NCBI RefSeq assembly: GCF_001194135.2
Contig: NC_068982.1
Location: forward strand, 164,673,928 to 164,737,927
Length of the DNA: 64,000 bases
From: Octopus bimaculoides
Taxonomy: Eukaryota
Direction: 5' to 3'
Position numbers and translations under genes: made by a program. Below the pieces are notes generated by a model. It had not been told where the DNA came from, did no database searches, and saw only the letters and a program-made list of their open reading frames with translations. Shown piece by piece: positions 39,635-53,050 of this stretch (the first letter of the stretch is position 1; the number at the start of each line of letters is the position of its first letter).

Positions 39635-42600
39635 GCTTTGAAAATTAGTGTTGAATTAAAACGGTATAAGTTAGTCGATGAAGATTTGGTACACACTTCA
39701 CAGTGTATAAACTTCTGTATGTTAGAATTTAATGAAAGGGGATAGTTTAATGTGTCTGTATAGTAGTATGTCTTAAAATATTTATTTATTAGTAAAGAAT
39801 TATCGATATATTTTCAATACTGTGATACTCATGATGGAGTCAATCTGTCTTCGTTGAAAATGAAGTTCGTGTATTTTCAGGTTATCTCATTAATCGCAAC
39901 CGATAACAATTTATTTTCCCAGTAATTCAGTAGTTGAATTAACTATCTAAACGAGGGCATTAGAAAATTATGCCACAAAGTGAATGTTTAGAATATATAC
40001 AAACTACATTGAAACTTGTCCGGCGAATAATGCTATTGCAAAACATATAGACGTTGTTGATATTAAACTTTTAGAAGTTGAGTTCACTTCATGACTAAAA
40101 TCACTTTGATATTATGTATCAAAGTGCATATCTTTTGAATAATTTAAGAGATGTTCCATTAAGGTTATGGATATTGTTCTTCAATGAAAATAATGGAGAA
40201 GTAGTAACAAAGATATATTACGAAAATATTTCTAAAAGAAGAGATAGAATTATCATGGAAATTATGTTAATTTTTTTGATAATGGTGACTGTGGCAGAAA
40301 TATAACTGGTGGTCATAATGGAATCGAACATTCTTACATGCCGAACATTTACATGCATACACAAATATATATCATTCCTGAATACATGCTTAAATATATA
40401 GATATATAATGTATGTGTGTGTGGTGTGCTTGTGTGTGTGTGTTTGTATCATAGTGGTTGATCATGTATGTTGGTGTGTTATGTTGGGGTGGTGTGCATG
40501 TTTATATTGTGCATTTATGTATTAATAGAGATATGTTCATTATTATATTGGAGAGCATGAGAACGAAAGTGTGAATGATAAGGGAGGCGAGATAAGGAAT
40601 AGCACAATTGATAGCTCTATTTTACAGTAATTTTCGAAAGATAATTACTTTTACGTAATCAATGCACAAATTTAATGAAGCACATGTCAAAGTTATCTGC
40701 GATATTATATTGCACTAATCTACAGAAGAGCGTGGAAAACGCATATTGATATGGAACGTCGACTAGTAGTGCCCTAAATATTACAATCGGTAGAATTTAC
40801 TAGTTGAAGATGAAAGTGATATAATGAGTTAATTATCAGAAATATATACGTTAATGCATCAACGTTGCTTTGTTGTTCACATGGTTGCTTGCGTTATGTT
40901 AACTAAACTTAGAAAACTGAATAGTTAATGATATTGCTTAGTTGTTGGTATCACAATCCTATTTCATCAGTTACCTTCTAAAAGTTTGCAAGAGCTATTT
41001 TGTGGCTTTTGGGTGTTCACAAAAAACCCGTGAACTTTAGCAGGTGGAGTACTTTCATGTTGTCTTTCTAGAGTGAGGCCCTTTCCACATTAAATATTCT
41101 TAAATTTAGATGAAACACTTTCCTCGACCCCGCAAATTCTCCAACTTCACACATTCATAGTGAATGCAAATCGAAACCAGCACGGCGTGTAACCTTTCTT
41201 GGTACACTATCATGCTGGCAGAAAATTATGTGCATGTTAGAAATTGTTTAGACATTGTGGGAGAAAATGCTGGAATAAATTTGAGAAGTAAAGTGTATAC
41301 TTTGGAGTCTATAGCATAAGATAAGGTAGAACTCGGATAACTTGTTGTTTACAAAGTAGTACATTAATAAAACGTAATGTAAAACGATCGAATTATAATT
41401 CATTTAACTCGTACAATAAATGCCAGCTGTTACAACGGAGTGATTTATCTCAGGAATAATTATCATGACACTCTTAACAACGGCAGAAAGTTTAGTCGAA
41501 TATATATATATATATNNNNNNNNNNNNNNNNNNNNNNNNNNNNNNNNNNNNNNNNNNNNNNNNNNNNNNNNNNNNNNNNNNNNNNNNNNNNNNNNNNNNN
41601 NNNNNNNNNNNNNNNNNNNNNNNNNNNNNNNNNNNNNNNNNNNNNNNNNNNNNNNNNNNNNNNNNNNNNNNNNNNNNNNNNNNNNNNNNNNNNNNNNNNN
41701 NNNNNNNNNNNNNNNNNNNNNNNNNNNNNNNNNNNNNNNNNNNNNNNNNNNNNNNNNNNNNNNNNNNTATATACATATTTCTACTTGTTTGAACAATTAT
41801 ATGTAGTGAAGATTATTTTAATGAAACTATTTTAATTCGCTGATAATATATATAATATCTTTTATTCTAGTCCTCAATTCTCATTCATTTGCTGTAGTTA
41901 GTGAATAATAATGACAACAATAGCAACACCAAATACAACACGTTTGTGAGCTAAATTACGCATTATATGTTCAGACGTATAAATATATATATAGAATATA
42001 GAACATATAATTAGATTAATGGAAAATGATTGCTGTATTTGCTAAATTTTAGAAGTTGCAAAGGATGTTTATGCAAATAGTTTCTTGTATTCTATTATAT
42101 GTACTATAAAGCGTGACCAATGTCACAATCAATTGAGTGTATTTTCGCTTTCATCATAATTGATTTATTTTTTATACTGATTTATAGGTGTCATCTTCAC
42201 TAAGGAAATTAAACTTCTAATGATGTATAAAGCTAAACTGGAAAACAAATTATTTATACGATAAAATATAGAATTTGCTCAGTTTCTGAATTTATAGTAT
42301 TTCTCTGAAGAAACAGAAGCATCAAATAACTCTAAGTTTGGCCAGAACAATTAAAAGTTGAACTGCATTTAAACGCAAAAATGTATCGTAAAAACTGTAT
42401 TATAAAGAAAAGATTATTAAACCATCCCTAGAAATATTAACCCTTTCATATATGTTTAAATGACAATCGTAGATAAGGGGTATAGAAATCTGAGGCGTCA
42501 TCCAAAGGAAAGCTTATACATTACCAAATACAAATACATTGCAAGCTGGATTTAAAGAAATGAAAATGGAATTAAAGAAAATTAAATAACAATGCAAACA

Positions 42601-42700
42601 TTTAGATTACATTTTTATATTCTGGAATTAAGCGACATTTATTTGAAAAAATAAAGTGACGGTTGACAACAATTTTTAGTACAATCGAAGGAGAACATGG
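39635..42700 (+). pseudogene. Decayed TLR-like pseudogene, copy C3
   Basis: Colinear DNA homology with C1 (65/75 identities for 40141-40215 vs 28671-28745). NNLRDVP, NGK*L..L.NFRSC, TM-like IFAFIIIDLFFILIYRC, and KLYYKEKIIKP (42392-42424) with TIR KLCLHERDFxP spacing. Confidence 0.6.
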
Positions 42701-42761
42701 GTAAAGTCTGCTAATAAATAAATAAATCCATATATTTATACACATATCCATATATACAAAC

Positions 42762-42792
<31 letters not shown>

Positions 42793-43814
42793 TATATATN
42801 NNNNNNNNNNNNNNNNNNNNNNNNNNNNNNNNNNNNNNNNNNNNNNNNNNNNNNNNNNNNNNNNNNNNNNNNNNNNNNNNNNNNNNNNNNNNNNNNNNNN
42901 NNNNNNNNNNNNNNNNNNNNNNNNNNNNNNNNNNNNNNNNNNNNNNNNNNNNNNNNNNNNNNNNNNNNNNNNNNNNNNNNNNNNNNNNNNNNNNNNNNNN
43001 NNNNNNNNNNNNNNNNNNNNNNNNNNNATATATATATATATATATATATAAGGTGGAAGTGGAAATAGCACAGAAGGAAGTCTGAGACATTTCAACTTAA
43101 GAGGGAATTTGCTAAAAATTATATGAAAAAATTATATGAAAAAAAAATATTACACGTTTCGATGTATATCATCTTATCAAATATCAGTAAAATCACAAAA
43201 AATTAGAGTAAAAACAGTTTTTCAGTTAAACATAAAATGAAAATACCTAAGATCAAAGTCATTCCAGCCATGACTATCCAGTATTTATAAATTTAGTCAT
43301 ATCTATATTATCTAATGTATTCTAACATATTATATGACGGAAGGGTGATATTCAAAGGAAATCATCAACTATTTTAGTAGATTGATCCTTAATATAGGCA
43401 CCGTGGGGTAGCGTGCAATAATCATGTAAAATCGCTTGGTTTGATGATGGTATCATTATTTAGCTATAGCTCAACACTACTCCAGCAAACAAGAATTATT
43501 CTTACTGCGTTACAAGGTTCAGATATACGTATGTTGAATTTATTAGTATTTGTGTTTTGTTAGTGATGGAGCTCCGGTTATATTCAGGAATCCTCTATCA
43601 AATCTTGTTTTACCGAAAAAAAAAAAATCTCTTATTTCGTTTGGCTTTGTATTGCGTAATGTAGTGAGTTACAATGACTCTTTGTTGGAAACGTAGGGGC
43701 AACTAGTTAGAGCATATCTTAGATACATGTCTCTTTTCATTTATAGTCACAATTGTACTGCTAGTATGTTTGCACCTAAATTTCTAAACTGTTGTCGTTA
43801 TCTGAAGTTTGTTC

Positions 43815-43833
43815 AATGGTGGTGGTGGTTGTT

Positions 43834-43884
<51 letters not shown>

Positions 43885-43955
43885 ATAGTAGTAGTAGTGG
43901 CAGTAGCAGTAGCAGCAGCAGTAGTAGTAGTAGTAGTAGTAGCAGAAGCAGCAGA

Positions 43956-44020
<65 letters not shown>
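43815..44020. repeat. (TAG)n/(CAG)n microsatellite
   Basis: Directly visible. Confidence 0.95.
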
Positions 44021-44022
<2 letters not shown>

Positions 44023-44164
44023 AGATTAAGAATAATGTTAAGTTAAGACTGAATTTTGGTCTCTTTTCGGAGTGTTTTATGTAACGAATTTATTTCGTTT
44101 TTACTCATTACTAAACACGACATTGTTGCAGTGAAAAAAAAACAAAAAAAACATTCAAGTGCGT

Positions 44165-44775
44165 CCGAAATAATTAATATTTCGAAGAAGAAGGTGATGA
44201 TGATGATGATGATGATGACGAAGAGGAGGAAGAGGAAGAGATGAAGAAGATAATGAGGATGATGAAGAACATAAGAAGGAGGAAGAGAAGAAGATGAGGA
44301 TGTGATGATGATGAAGAGGATGAAGAGACGAAGAAGAAATAGTAGATGATGATGAAGAGGAGGAGGTTGAGGAGGAGGAAGGTTTGGAAGGAGAGGAGGA
44401 AGAGAAGGAAGATGTGGAAGAAGAGGGAGAAGAAGATGATGATGGTGATGATGATGATTATGATGATGAAGAAGAGGAGGAGGGTGAGGAGGTGGAGGAA
44501 GAATAAGATGATGGTGATGATGATGATGAAGGGGAGGAAGGTGCGGAGGAGGGAGAAGAAGAGGAAGGAGAAGAAGATGAAGATGATGGTGATGATGATG
44601 ATGATAATGAAAAAGAAGAGGAGGGGTGAGGAGGTGGGAGAGGAATAAGATGATGGTGATAATGATGATGAAGAGGAGGGGGGTGCGGAGGAGGGAGAAG
44701 AAGAAGAAGAAGAAGAAGAAGAAGAAGAAGAAGAAGAAGAAGAAGAAGAAGAAGAAGAAGAAGAAGAAGAAGACC
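44165..44775. repeat. Purine-rich (GAN)n low-complexity tract with a higher-order duplication, ending in (GAA)n
   Basis: 44470-44570 recurs at ~44615-44705. Confidence 0.9.
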
Positions 44776-45860
44776 ATTCATAAAAAGGAGAAAGGGACCA
44801 TACATAAACGATCTTCTGTTTATGGATGACCTGAAGCTGTTTGAGAAATCTGAAAATCAGGGAGAATCTTTGGTTAAAAGAGTACAGATATATACCAGCG
44901 ACATCGGTGTGGAATTACAGACTTCTCTTCTGAATATGAGAAGAAGAATGAAAGTTGCCTGAAGTGTATTACGCTTGCCATCGGGAGAAAACATGGGTGA
45001 ACCAGATAATAGTGGATACGACTGTTTGGGGATTTTATTTAGAACTGTATGATATTTTACATGCAGCAATGAAAGAAAAGATTGAAGTGACATATTTAAA
45101 AAGATTAAACATTATTTTAGAATTCAACCTGAATACGAAGACTCGAGTTACTGCAATGAATATCTGGACAGTTGCATTGGTTAGATACAGTGCATCTATT
45201 CTCGGGTGGACTTGAAGAAGAAATATCCGTATTTGATAAAATGATGAGAAATGACATTGTATGGAGCTTTTTACCCTGAAGTGACATAATCAGATTGTAT
45301 ATGAAAAGGAAGACTAGTAGTAGAGGTCTCACCAATGTGTATTGCTGTATAAGGAGTGAAAGGAGAAAGCTTGCCGAGTATTTGGTAAACACTGACGAAG
45401 AGTTGCTGTAATATGCAGCAGGAAATATGGATATAAATACAACTGGAATACTTAGCAAGGCAAAGTTAAACCAAAGAGTTAAAGAGAAAAGAAAATCTTC
45501 TGAAAATGAGAATGCACGGTCAGTTTGAAAGACACCCACAGGATAAGACATCGAGGTAATTTGTAACGTACCACTGAAAGCATTATAATTGCATTGCAAG
45601 AACAAGTTCTTGCTACCGATTCGGGGAAGTGTAACGTCAGCAAAACTTGTGGAATTTAAATATCAGTTAAGGATCAATCCCATTGAAACTTCAAGACTTA
45701 TTAAAACAGTTAGGAATAACATGTAATAGTCGTGTTGTATAAAATTAGCCTTGCTTGGTATTGCACGCATTTTGAAGAAAGTATTATCTCTCTATTAGGT
45801 CCCTGTTCCTACTTGACATATGACTAAATACTGTGGTGCATTTTCCATCTACACAGAGTG
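44776..45860 (+). mobile_element. R4/Dong-type LINE relic (RT to C-terminus)
   Basis: INDLLFMDDLKLF, YLKRLNIILEFNLN..VRYSASILGWT, RLYMKRK..GL and ALLGIARILKKVL. Deletions and stops. Confidence 0.88.
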
Positions 45861-46605
45861 ACAAAGTAGTAATAAATAGGTAACGTTACTCCTAGTTTTC
45901 AAAAAGAATTCAAACGTCTAATACTACTAGCAGTGAACAACAGCAACAGTGACCTTGACCTTGTAGAAATTAAAGTTGACTTTTCTAGAGATGTTCGTTT
46001 GTATGTCCAGTTAGAGAAAACAGTTGTGTTTTGCAATAAAAAGGATGCTTACATTTTTGAATACTCAGGGAGAAAGGAAAGAAAAGACAAGAAGAGTCAA
46101 AGTTTCACAGAAACTTTTAAGATTCACCAAAGATGGTCTTTTGTATGTCCACTCAGAGAAAACTATAATGCTTTTAGAATTAAAAAAAAAAAGGGATGTT
46201 TACTTTTTCGAATGCTCAGAGAGAGACGAAAGGATGAGTATTCGCAACAGTTGTGGATATTAAAATTTGTGTGTTTGAAAACTGTAGATATGTAAANNNN
46301 NNNNNNNNNNNNNNNNNNNNNNNNNNNNNNNNNNNNNNNNNNNNNNNNNNNNNNNNNNNNNNNNNNNNNNNNNNNNNNNNNNNNNNNNNNNNNNNNNNNN
46401 NNNNNNNNNNNNNNNNNNNNNNNNNNNNNNNNNNNNNNNNNNNNNNNNNNNNNNNNNNNNNNNNNNNNNNNNNNNNNNNNNNNNNNNNNNNNNNNNNNNN
46501 NNNNNNNNNNNNNNNNNNNNNNNNNNNNTTCTAAGGCTTTTGGCTACTGAATGGTCAGAGCAGCGAGGAACACGTCCAGCCGCTGTCAAGGCCGGCGCTC
46601 CTCTC

Positions 46606-46634
<29 letters not shown>

Positions 46635-46660
<26 letters not shown>

Positions 46661-46980
46661 TAGTTTTATTTTAATAACGCACTTTCACTTCATTACCGAG
46701 CGCAGCTCTGTGTGTCTTGGGTATGTGCTGTGGTTTGCTGTGATGCTCTTATGGTTACTGTATTGAAAGTGTTTTGCGTAGGATGTGTGCAGTGCCCAGT
46801 AGTGCAATTTTCTGTATGTTATATATATTTGTAAGTCCTGATGTTTTTGTTATGTATTTGTCTGAATATTTTTTTATTATACTTAAGGCACCTACTATGA
46901 TAGGAATTGTTTCTGTTTTTAGATTCCACATTCGAGTTACCTCTATTTCTAGGTCTTTGTATTTTGAAAGTTTTTCCATT
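46635..46980 (-). mobile_element. 3' end of an RLE-type LINE with a (TAA)n tail
   Basis: ORF 46755-46979 EKLSKYKDLEIEV..PIIVGAL..QKIALLGTAHILRK, then 3' UTR and (AAT)n. Confidence 0.9.
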
Positions 46981-47562
46981 TTATTATTATTATTATTATN
47001 NNNNNNNNNNNNNNNNNNNNNNNNNNNNNNNNNNNNNNNNNNNNNNNNNNNNNNNNNNNNNNNNNNNNNNNNNNNNNNNNNNNNNNNNNNNNNNNNNNNN
47101 NNNNNNNNNNNNNNNNNNNNNNNNNNNNNNNNNNNNNNNNNNNNNNNNNNNNNNNNNNNNNNNNNNNNNNNNNNNNNNNNNNNNNNNNNNNNNNNNNNNN
47201 NNNNNNNNNNNNNNNNNNNNNNNNNNNNNNNNNNNNNNNNNNNNNNNNNNNNNNNNNNNNNNNNNNNNNNNNNNNNNNNNNNNNNNNNNNNNNNNNNNNN
47301 NNNNNNNNNNNNNNNNNNNNNNNNNNNNNNNNNNNNNNNNNNNNNNNNNNNNNNNNNNNNNNAACTATGAACGTGAGTAACCAGCGTCCATAGTTTACGT
47401 TTGGTTTCTGAAATTTTGAATTTTCAATCACCTTTTGGTTTGAACTTGAGAAAGACAGACGTTCTGTCGAAATGTTGTTCAAAAAATAAAACATCTAAAA
47501 TCGCACTCTTCGTCTTGACTATTTACCTTCGTGAAGAGTTACGTCAATCCTTTTTTTAAAAA

Positions 47563-47625
<63 letters not shown>

Positions 47626-47649
47626 CTTTGTTATTATTCTTTTTATTAT

Positions 47650-50224
47650 TATTATCATACTTAGATGTTACTTCAACATTTCAACTCATTAAAAACATAT
47701 TATATGTATTTCGAATATTTGTATGTGTATCACTCAGTAGAATTCTTTTACAGAATCATAGATTCAGACTAATCTTTGCGGATAATATAATATTGAACAA
47801 ACAGCGATCAATGAGGGACATAATTATGAAGCCATTAAAACTATACACACGATTTAAATGACGTTTAAATTAATCCTCAAACTGTGGAATAAGTCCCGCA
47901 TATACAATTTGCATACATACAATCAAATCAAATCAAAAATGATATAAACGAGAACCGCCTGCAGACAATTTATTGTTAAGATGTCTGAAGTCGTATTAGA
48001 ATCTGTCCGTTAAATGTCACGTAATGTCTTTTATGCACGACAGAATAATTTTGGTCTTTTAAGGCATTTCTCAGGAGTAATAGTTAAATCAATTTTCAAA
48101 TGAAACTGTGAGCCATCAACCTATTATAGGAAATGCAGAAATCATGGAGAACAACTTGTGGTAGAATTTGATATTAGTCATGATAACTACAGAAAGCTTT
48201 CACAGGTTAAAGAATTTAAATTTCCATTCTTGTCATTTTTGATATAATTATTTATATCTAAGCTGTGTCAACATCAGGAAATCTTTTACTTTAGAATATT
48301 TTGAAAATGTGACTGTTCTATATAACATGCGTTTATATCTATTGAACGTTTCGTTCGTTAAGCACTTGGGAACTTCAATCATTCATATGTTAAGAAGGAT
48401 TATTAAATTATGTTATTTATCTTAATTTATTCAAAGTCGAACATATGATGGTTGAATATAACCACCTTGAATCTTGGTTATCATTGCCTTTGACCGTTCT
48501 GTTACAAGCATTTGAGTCGGGCCTTTTGTTTGAGGTTACCTTCGTTTCCTTACTGCATACCCTCTCCGAATCCATGCAAAGTGATATGGCTACTACCTTC
48601 CTACCTTACTAAATGATAAAAAGAATGCACTACCTGCAGTAAAATATTTGATAAGATCGCAGCAATATTTCTCCAAGATAATACGAATTGTCCGTGTTTA
48701 CAAAATAGGAATGAAATTTGAAAACACACATGCAGTTCTTCCAATAAACATTTGAGTAATTGATAAGGCATGTCTTTCAAAGATAAATGGATGCGTACAG
48801 CTACTTACACAACAGGGTTTTAAGACTAATACAGGAATGAATAGGAATATCTAATAATGCAACATATGTTGCTGCAAAAATAATTATTAACTCAGAATAT
48901 AAAAATGGATTTCAAGCACAACAGTTAGTTGCCTCAAAAAGAAGGGCATATATTGAAATAACATTAATAAACAAGAAAGGAATCGAAATTACTAACACGA
49001 AATACGGCAACATAAAATGCATGTACAGGTTATTTTCAAATAGAAAAAAACGGGGACATAACAGGCATAGTTTAAAACCTATTTTGACTCATCAAATCTA
49101 GCCAGGAAAAGGAGTTATGGTTCAGTCTTAGATGATCCCCAAACTAATATTGTTATTCTCTTTGGTACTCATCATAGTAAAAGGAATCCAAATTTTGAAA
49201 AGAAGATTCTGGATGACTGTTAAGCCATCTTCCGATCGTCCGATGATGGCTTAATATACGAAACTTCGAAGTCACTATTCAATGCTATTCTTATCAGGCT
49301 ATAATATATAAGCGCTTTCTGATCAGTAATGTTTGTAAAATATGTGCATGCGTGTATGTATGCATAGTTTTGTGCTTCAGACTTTTTTTTACCCCTCAGG
49401 TCAAGTCTCTGCTGAAGCATCGCTTTCAGAACATATTGCACTATACCTTGTGTGTTGCCTCCCTGCACGTCCAAAGTTACGAAGTTCTGTGCTTTGTGTT
49501 TGTTATTAAATAATTTCCGATTTGGTGTATGCTGTTCTATTATAGCCTTTGCACATGCCTTCTCTAGAAACCAGAATAAAGTGTAAGAATTTATATACTA
49601 GGAATCGGAGGCGTGTGTCAACTAACTGCCTTCCATACAGGAAATATAGGGTTTTCAGGGACTGCCGATGTCACTTGTTCTGTTCTTTGCTAATATCATC
49701 TTAGTGCTGTCAACATGTCTGCTGATAATTATCCATGCTTGTCTATGTATTACTATTACGGAAAAAAAACAAAACAAAAAACAAAACAAAAGGTACTTTG
49801 GCCTACTGTTTGTTGCTACAAGCTTTTGAATAGGACTTGGGAAGCGGAAATATTGGGAATTTCTATTATCTCCAGAGGTTTAAATTCACAAGTGTTCTTG
49901 CTATGTTAATAGTTGTCATTTTGAGATATCATGGTTCATTAATCTTCAAGCCAAACTTTCTCAAAATCTTTTACAGAATCACTGAGTACACATACAAGCG
50001 ATGCAAATATTAGATTAGCCAGAACTGAATTTTGTTATGAAAGAAGTAGTGTGAAAAAGATTAAGAGATTTGGTTCGATTAAACAGTCTGGTTTCTTTCT
50101 TCGAATTTTTAAATGGTAGAATAACCGACAATTTTATAAATGGCTGTCATTATGATTTATAGCTCTTGAGTTGCGCCAAGCAAATACCTCGATAGTTTAT
50201 TTTAGGTGATTAGCAACAGCGCCT
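47650..50224 (+). pseudogene. Decayed TLR-like pseudogene, copy C4
   Basis: ITTESFHRLKNL (48183-48218) and EYFENVTVL are LRR-like. TM SVLAMLIVVILRY (49891-49929). TIR-like NFVMKEVV, FLNGRITDNF (50106-50135) and FILGD (50196-50210, also in C1). Confidence 0.55.
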
Positions 50225-50751
50225 NNNNNNNNNNNNNNNNNNNNNNNNNNNNNNNNNNNNNNNNNNNNNNNNNNNNNNNNNNNNNNNNNNNNNNNNNNNN
50301 NNNNNNNNNNNNNNNNNNNNNNNNNNNNNNNNNNNNNNNNNNNNNNNNNNNNNNNNNNNNNNNNNNNNNNNNNNNNNNNNNNNNNNNNNNNNNNNNNNNN
50401 NNNNNNNNNNNNNNNNNNNNNNNNNNNNNNNNNNNNNNNNNNNNNNNNNNNNNNNNNNNNNNNNNNNNNNNNNNNNNNNNNNNNNNNNNNNNNNNNNNNN
50501 NNNNNNNNNNNNNNNNNNNNNNNNNNNNNNNNNNNNNNNNNNNNNNNNNNNNNNNNNNNNNNNNNNNNNNNNNNNNNNNNNNNNNNNNNNNNNNNNNNNN
50601 NNNNNNNNNNNNNNNNNNNNNCACAGTTTCAAGTGTTTTTACTTCCTTTCGAGACGTGTGCATGAGTGATGGATTAAAAGTATTTTGCAACATACAAACA
50701 TTACCTCATGAGTAATTAACTTTATCGCCATCGTGGTCATTGTTATAAAAA

Positions 50752-50930
50752 GCATTCTTTTCTACTCTACGTACAAGGTTCGAAATTTTTGTTGCTGTTG
50801 TGGGGAGGGAGTCGATTAGATCGACCCCAGTACGCAACTGGTACTTAATTTATCAACCCCGAAAGAATGAAAGGCAAAGTTGACCTCAGCGGAATTTGAA
50901 TTCAGAACGTAAACATAGACGAAATACCGA
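50752..50930 (-). mobile_element. SINE (same family as 8753-8957), minus strand
   Basis: 'gtcgattagatcgaccccagtac...ccccgaaagaatgaaaggcaaagttgacctc..gaatttgaa'. Confidence 0.88.
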
Positions 50931-51058
50931 GATCAACTTTGCTTTCATCCCTTTCGGGGTCGATAAAATAAGTACGAGTTGATTACTGGGGTCGGTGTAA
51001 TCGACTAACCTTCTCTCACAAAATTTCAAACCTTCTGCCTGTAGTAGAAATGATTATT
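50931..51058 (+). mobile_element. SINE 3' half, inverted relative to the adjacent copy
   Basis: 'caactttgctttcatccctttcggggtcgataaaataagtac...ggggtcggtgtaatcgac'. Confidence 0.88.
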
Positions 51059-51074
51059 AGAACTGCTTGGTGTA

Positions 51075-51375
51075 TCTATAATAGATCATTCGTTTCTCTA
51101 GTCTTCTTCCTGCAAACTTTCTAGCAGGCAGCAAATTCTTGCTGTCAAGGTGTTCGTAAATGCTCACTGGGAGCATTCATATTAACAGATTTCACACTAA
51201 TGGTAAGCAACTGATTGATCTATAATTACTAGCTGCATTACCCTTGCTTTTGTCTTTCATTAGGAGTAATGTTCGCCCCCAAGCCATCCAAACTGGTATT
51301 ACGCCTCCATTCAGATAATCATAAAGTTGTTCCCTTAGGCTCCTAAGTAACCCACTGTTCCCTCAGTCTCCCAAG
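51075..51375 (-). mobile_element. LINE RT N-terminal fragment (R4/Dong type)
   Basis: RTLLLMKDKSKGNAASNYRSISCLPL..IYEHLDSKNLLP. Confidence 0.85.
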
Positions 51376-51383
51376 TAAGGTAC

Positions 51384-51416
<33 letters not shown>

Positions 51417-51419
51417 TAG

Positions 51420-51510
51420 AAGTCTTATCTTTTTTACGTGCTTTCACTGCACTACCGGGCGCAGCTCTGTGTACCTTGGGTATGTGCTGTGGTTTGTTGC
51501 GATGCTCTAA
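51420..51510 (-). mobile_element. 5'-truncated LINE 3' UTR
   Basis: Closely matches 46655-46750 ('gcgcagctctgtgt..ttgggtatgtgctgtggtttg'). Confidence 0.8.
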
Positions 51511-51638
51511 TTCTTCTTTTTCTTCTTCTTCTTCTTCTTCTTCTTCTTCTTCTTCTTCTTCTTCTTCTTCTTCTTCTTCTTCTTCTTCTTCTTCTTCTTC
51601 TTCTTCTTCTTCTTCTTCTTCTTCTTCTTCTTCTTCTT

Positions 51639-51669
<31 letters not shown>

Positions 51670-51684
51670 TTATTATTATTATTA

Positions 51685-51734
<50 letters not shown>

Positions 51735-52250
51735 TAGTGAGAGAATAGTGCATGCTATCAAAGTGACACTGGGGCAAAATATTCGAAGACCAATATACCC
51801 ATCATGACTACCCATCTGATAGGGGTACACCAAATATATGCATCACGATCATATGTGCACGACAAGGTGATCTCATATCAAGATAAGCAGCGCATGACCT
51901 TGTAGGTGGGACCCAGTTAGAATTTTATTGAGGTCGAGTAGCCCATTCCACACAAAAGGTCCCTGAAGAAGGGTTGTTTAAGGATGCTGAATGAAACAGC
52001 CATGTTTCCAAAGGTGAATTATTCAAATCCCAAAGAATTCCTCTCAACACATGGGTATGATTCTCCCCCACTACTTCTGCTCGTGATCAGAGATGCACAT
52101 ATCGTCAGCCACTGAGAGACATGCTCAACGGGTTAAAATCAAGCTGCTAACAAGCAAATCTGGGGTATTGAGCAGAATATTTGCTGTAGCCTATCTTTTA
52201 TACCAAGACAAAACAATGTACATGATAATACTTGCAATCAGTAGAGATCA
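51735..52250. mobile_element. Dispersed repeat next to a (TTA)n tract, probably a retroposon 3' end
   Basis: Recalled as a common octopus interspersed repeat. It abuts a (TAA)n-type tail. No coding motif recognised. Confidence 0.5.
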
Positions 52251-53050
52251 GATCCGGGAAAGTGAAGGCAATTGTTATCACAGCCGATGATTTTTAGCTT
52301 TCTATTACTATAAAAGTTCTTGAATGCCAGTTGTTTGTTAAATCCAATGCAGAATATACAGTGAATATACGACGTTTATATCATAATAAGCAGATATAAA
52401 TTCTATATATGCAGACATACGCACACACACGCGCGCGCGCATGCATACACACACACGCACATACACACGGACACACATTTATAGTTATTTCTATTTATAT
52501 ATGCATACATATTGGTTTGTATGTTCATGTGCGTGTATGGATATATATACATACACGCATACACACACATGTATGTGTTACTAAATTGCGTTATATATAA
52601 CTTGCGATATAAATTGCGATATATATACATACACGCATACACACATATGTGTATATTACTAAATTGCGTTAAACCAATTTAGTAACATTTTGCATGTGAT
52701 TTTGAATGAATTGATGTCGGTCGAATTCGACAAAATGAACCGAATAAAAGACATAGCACTTCGTTACCCAGCTACACACATTGCTATGCTAGAAGACCAA
52801 GACGTTACCTTTCGGACCGCATTTATCGATATTATGTCTTTTAAAATATAGAAAATCTGCAATTCCATTCCCCTTCTTGCGACAAGGATTACAAACTGGC
52901 AAGTCCTTTGCCAACTGAATTCCTATATTCTTATATGTACCCTTTCGGTGTTGGATTAATGTCTCAGAAAGCAATCTAAAATCATTACATGTTTCCGCTA
53001 GGAAATCATGTAATTATCAATATACCAGTACCGTTTCCGGTTATTCCTCC
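52200..53050 (-). pseudogene. LRR/LRR-CT remnant, minus strand
   Basis: KGLASL*SL..KGNGI is LRR-like. NSFKITCKMLLNWF at 52664-52740 is nearly identical in DNA to 55580-55662. Confidence 0.45.

Noticed and set aside
44043-44829. Long acidic/basic or poly-His/Pro ORFs
   Set aside because: Frames of a (GAN)n triplet tract abutting a LINE fragment, not a real gene.
45933-46295. 120-aa ORF after the LINE 3' end
   Set aside because: No recognisable motif. It may be another degraded repeat but cannot be assigned.
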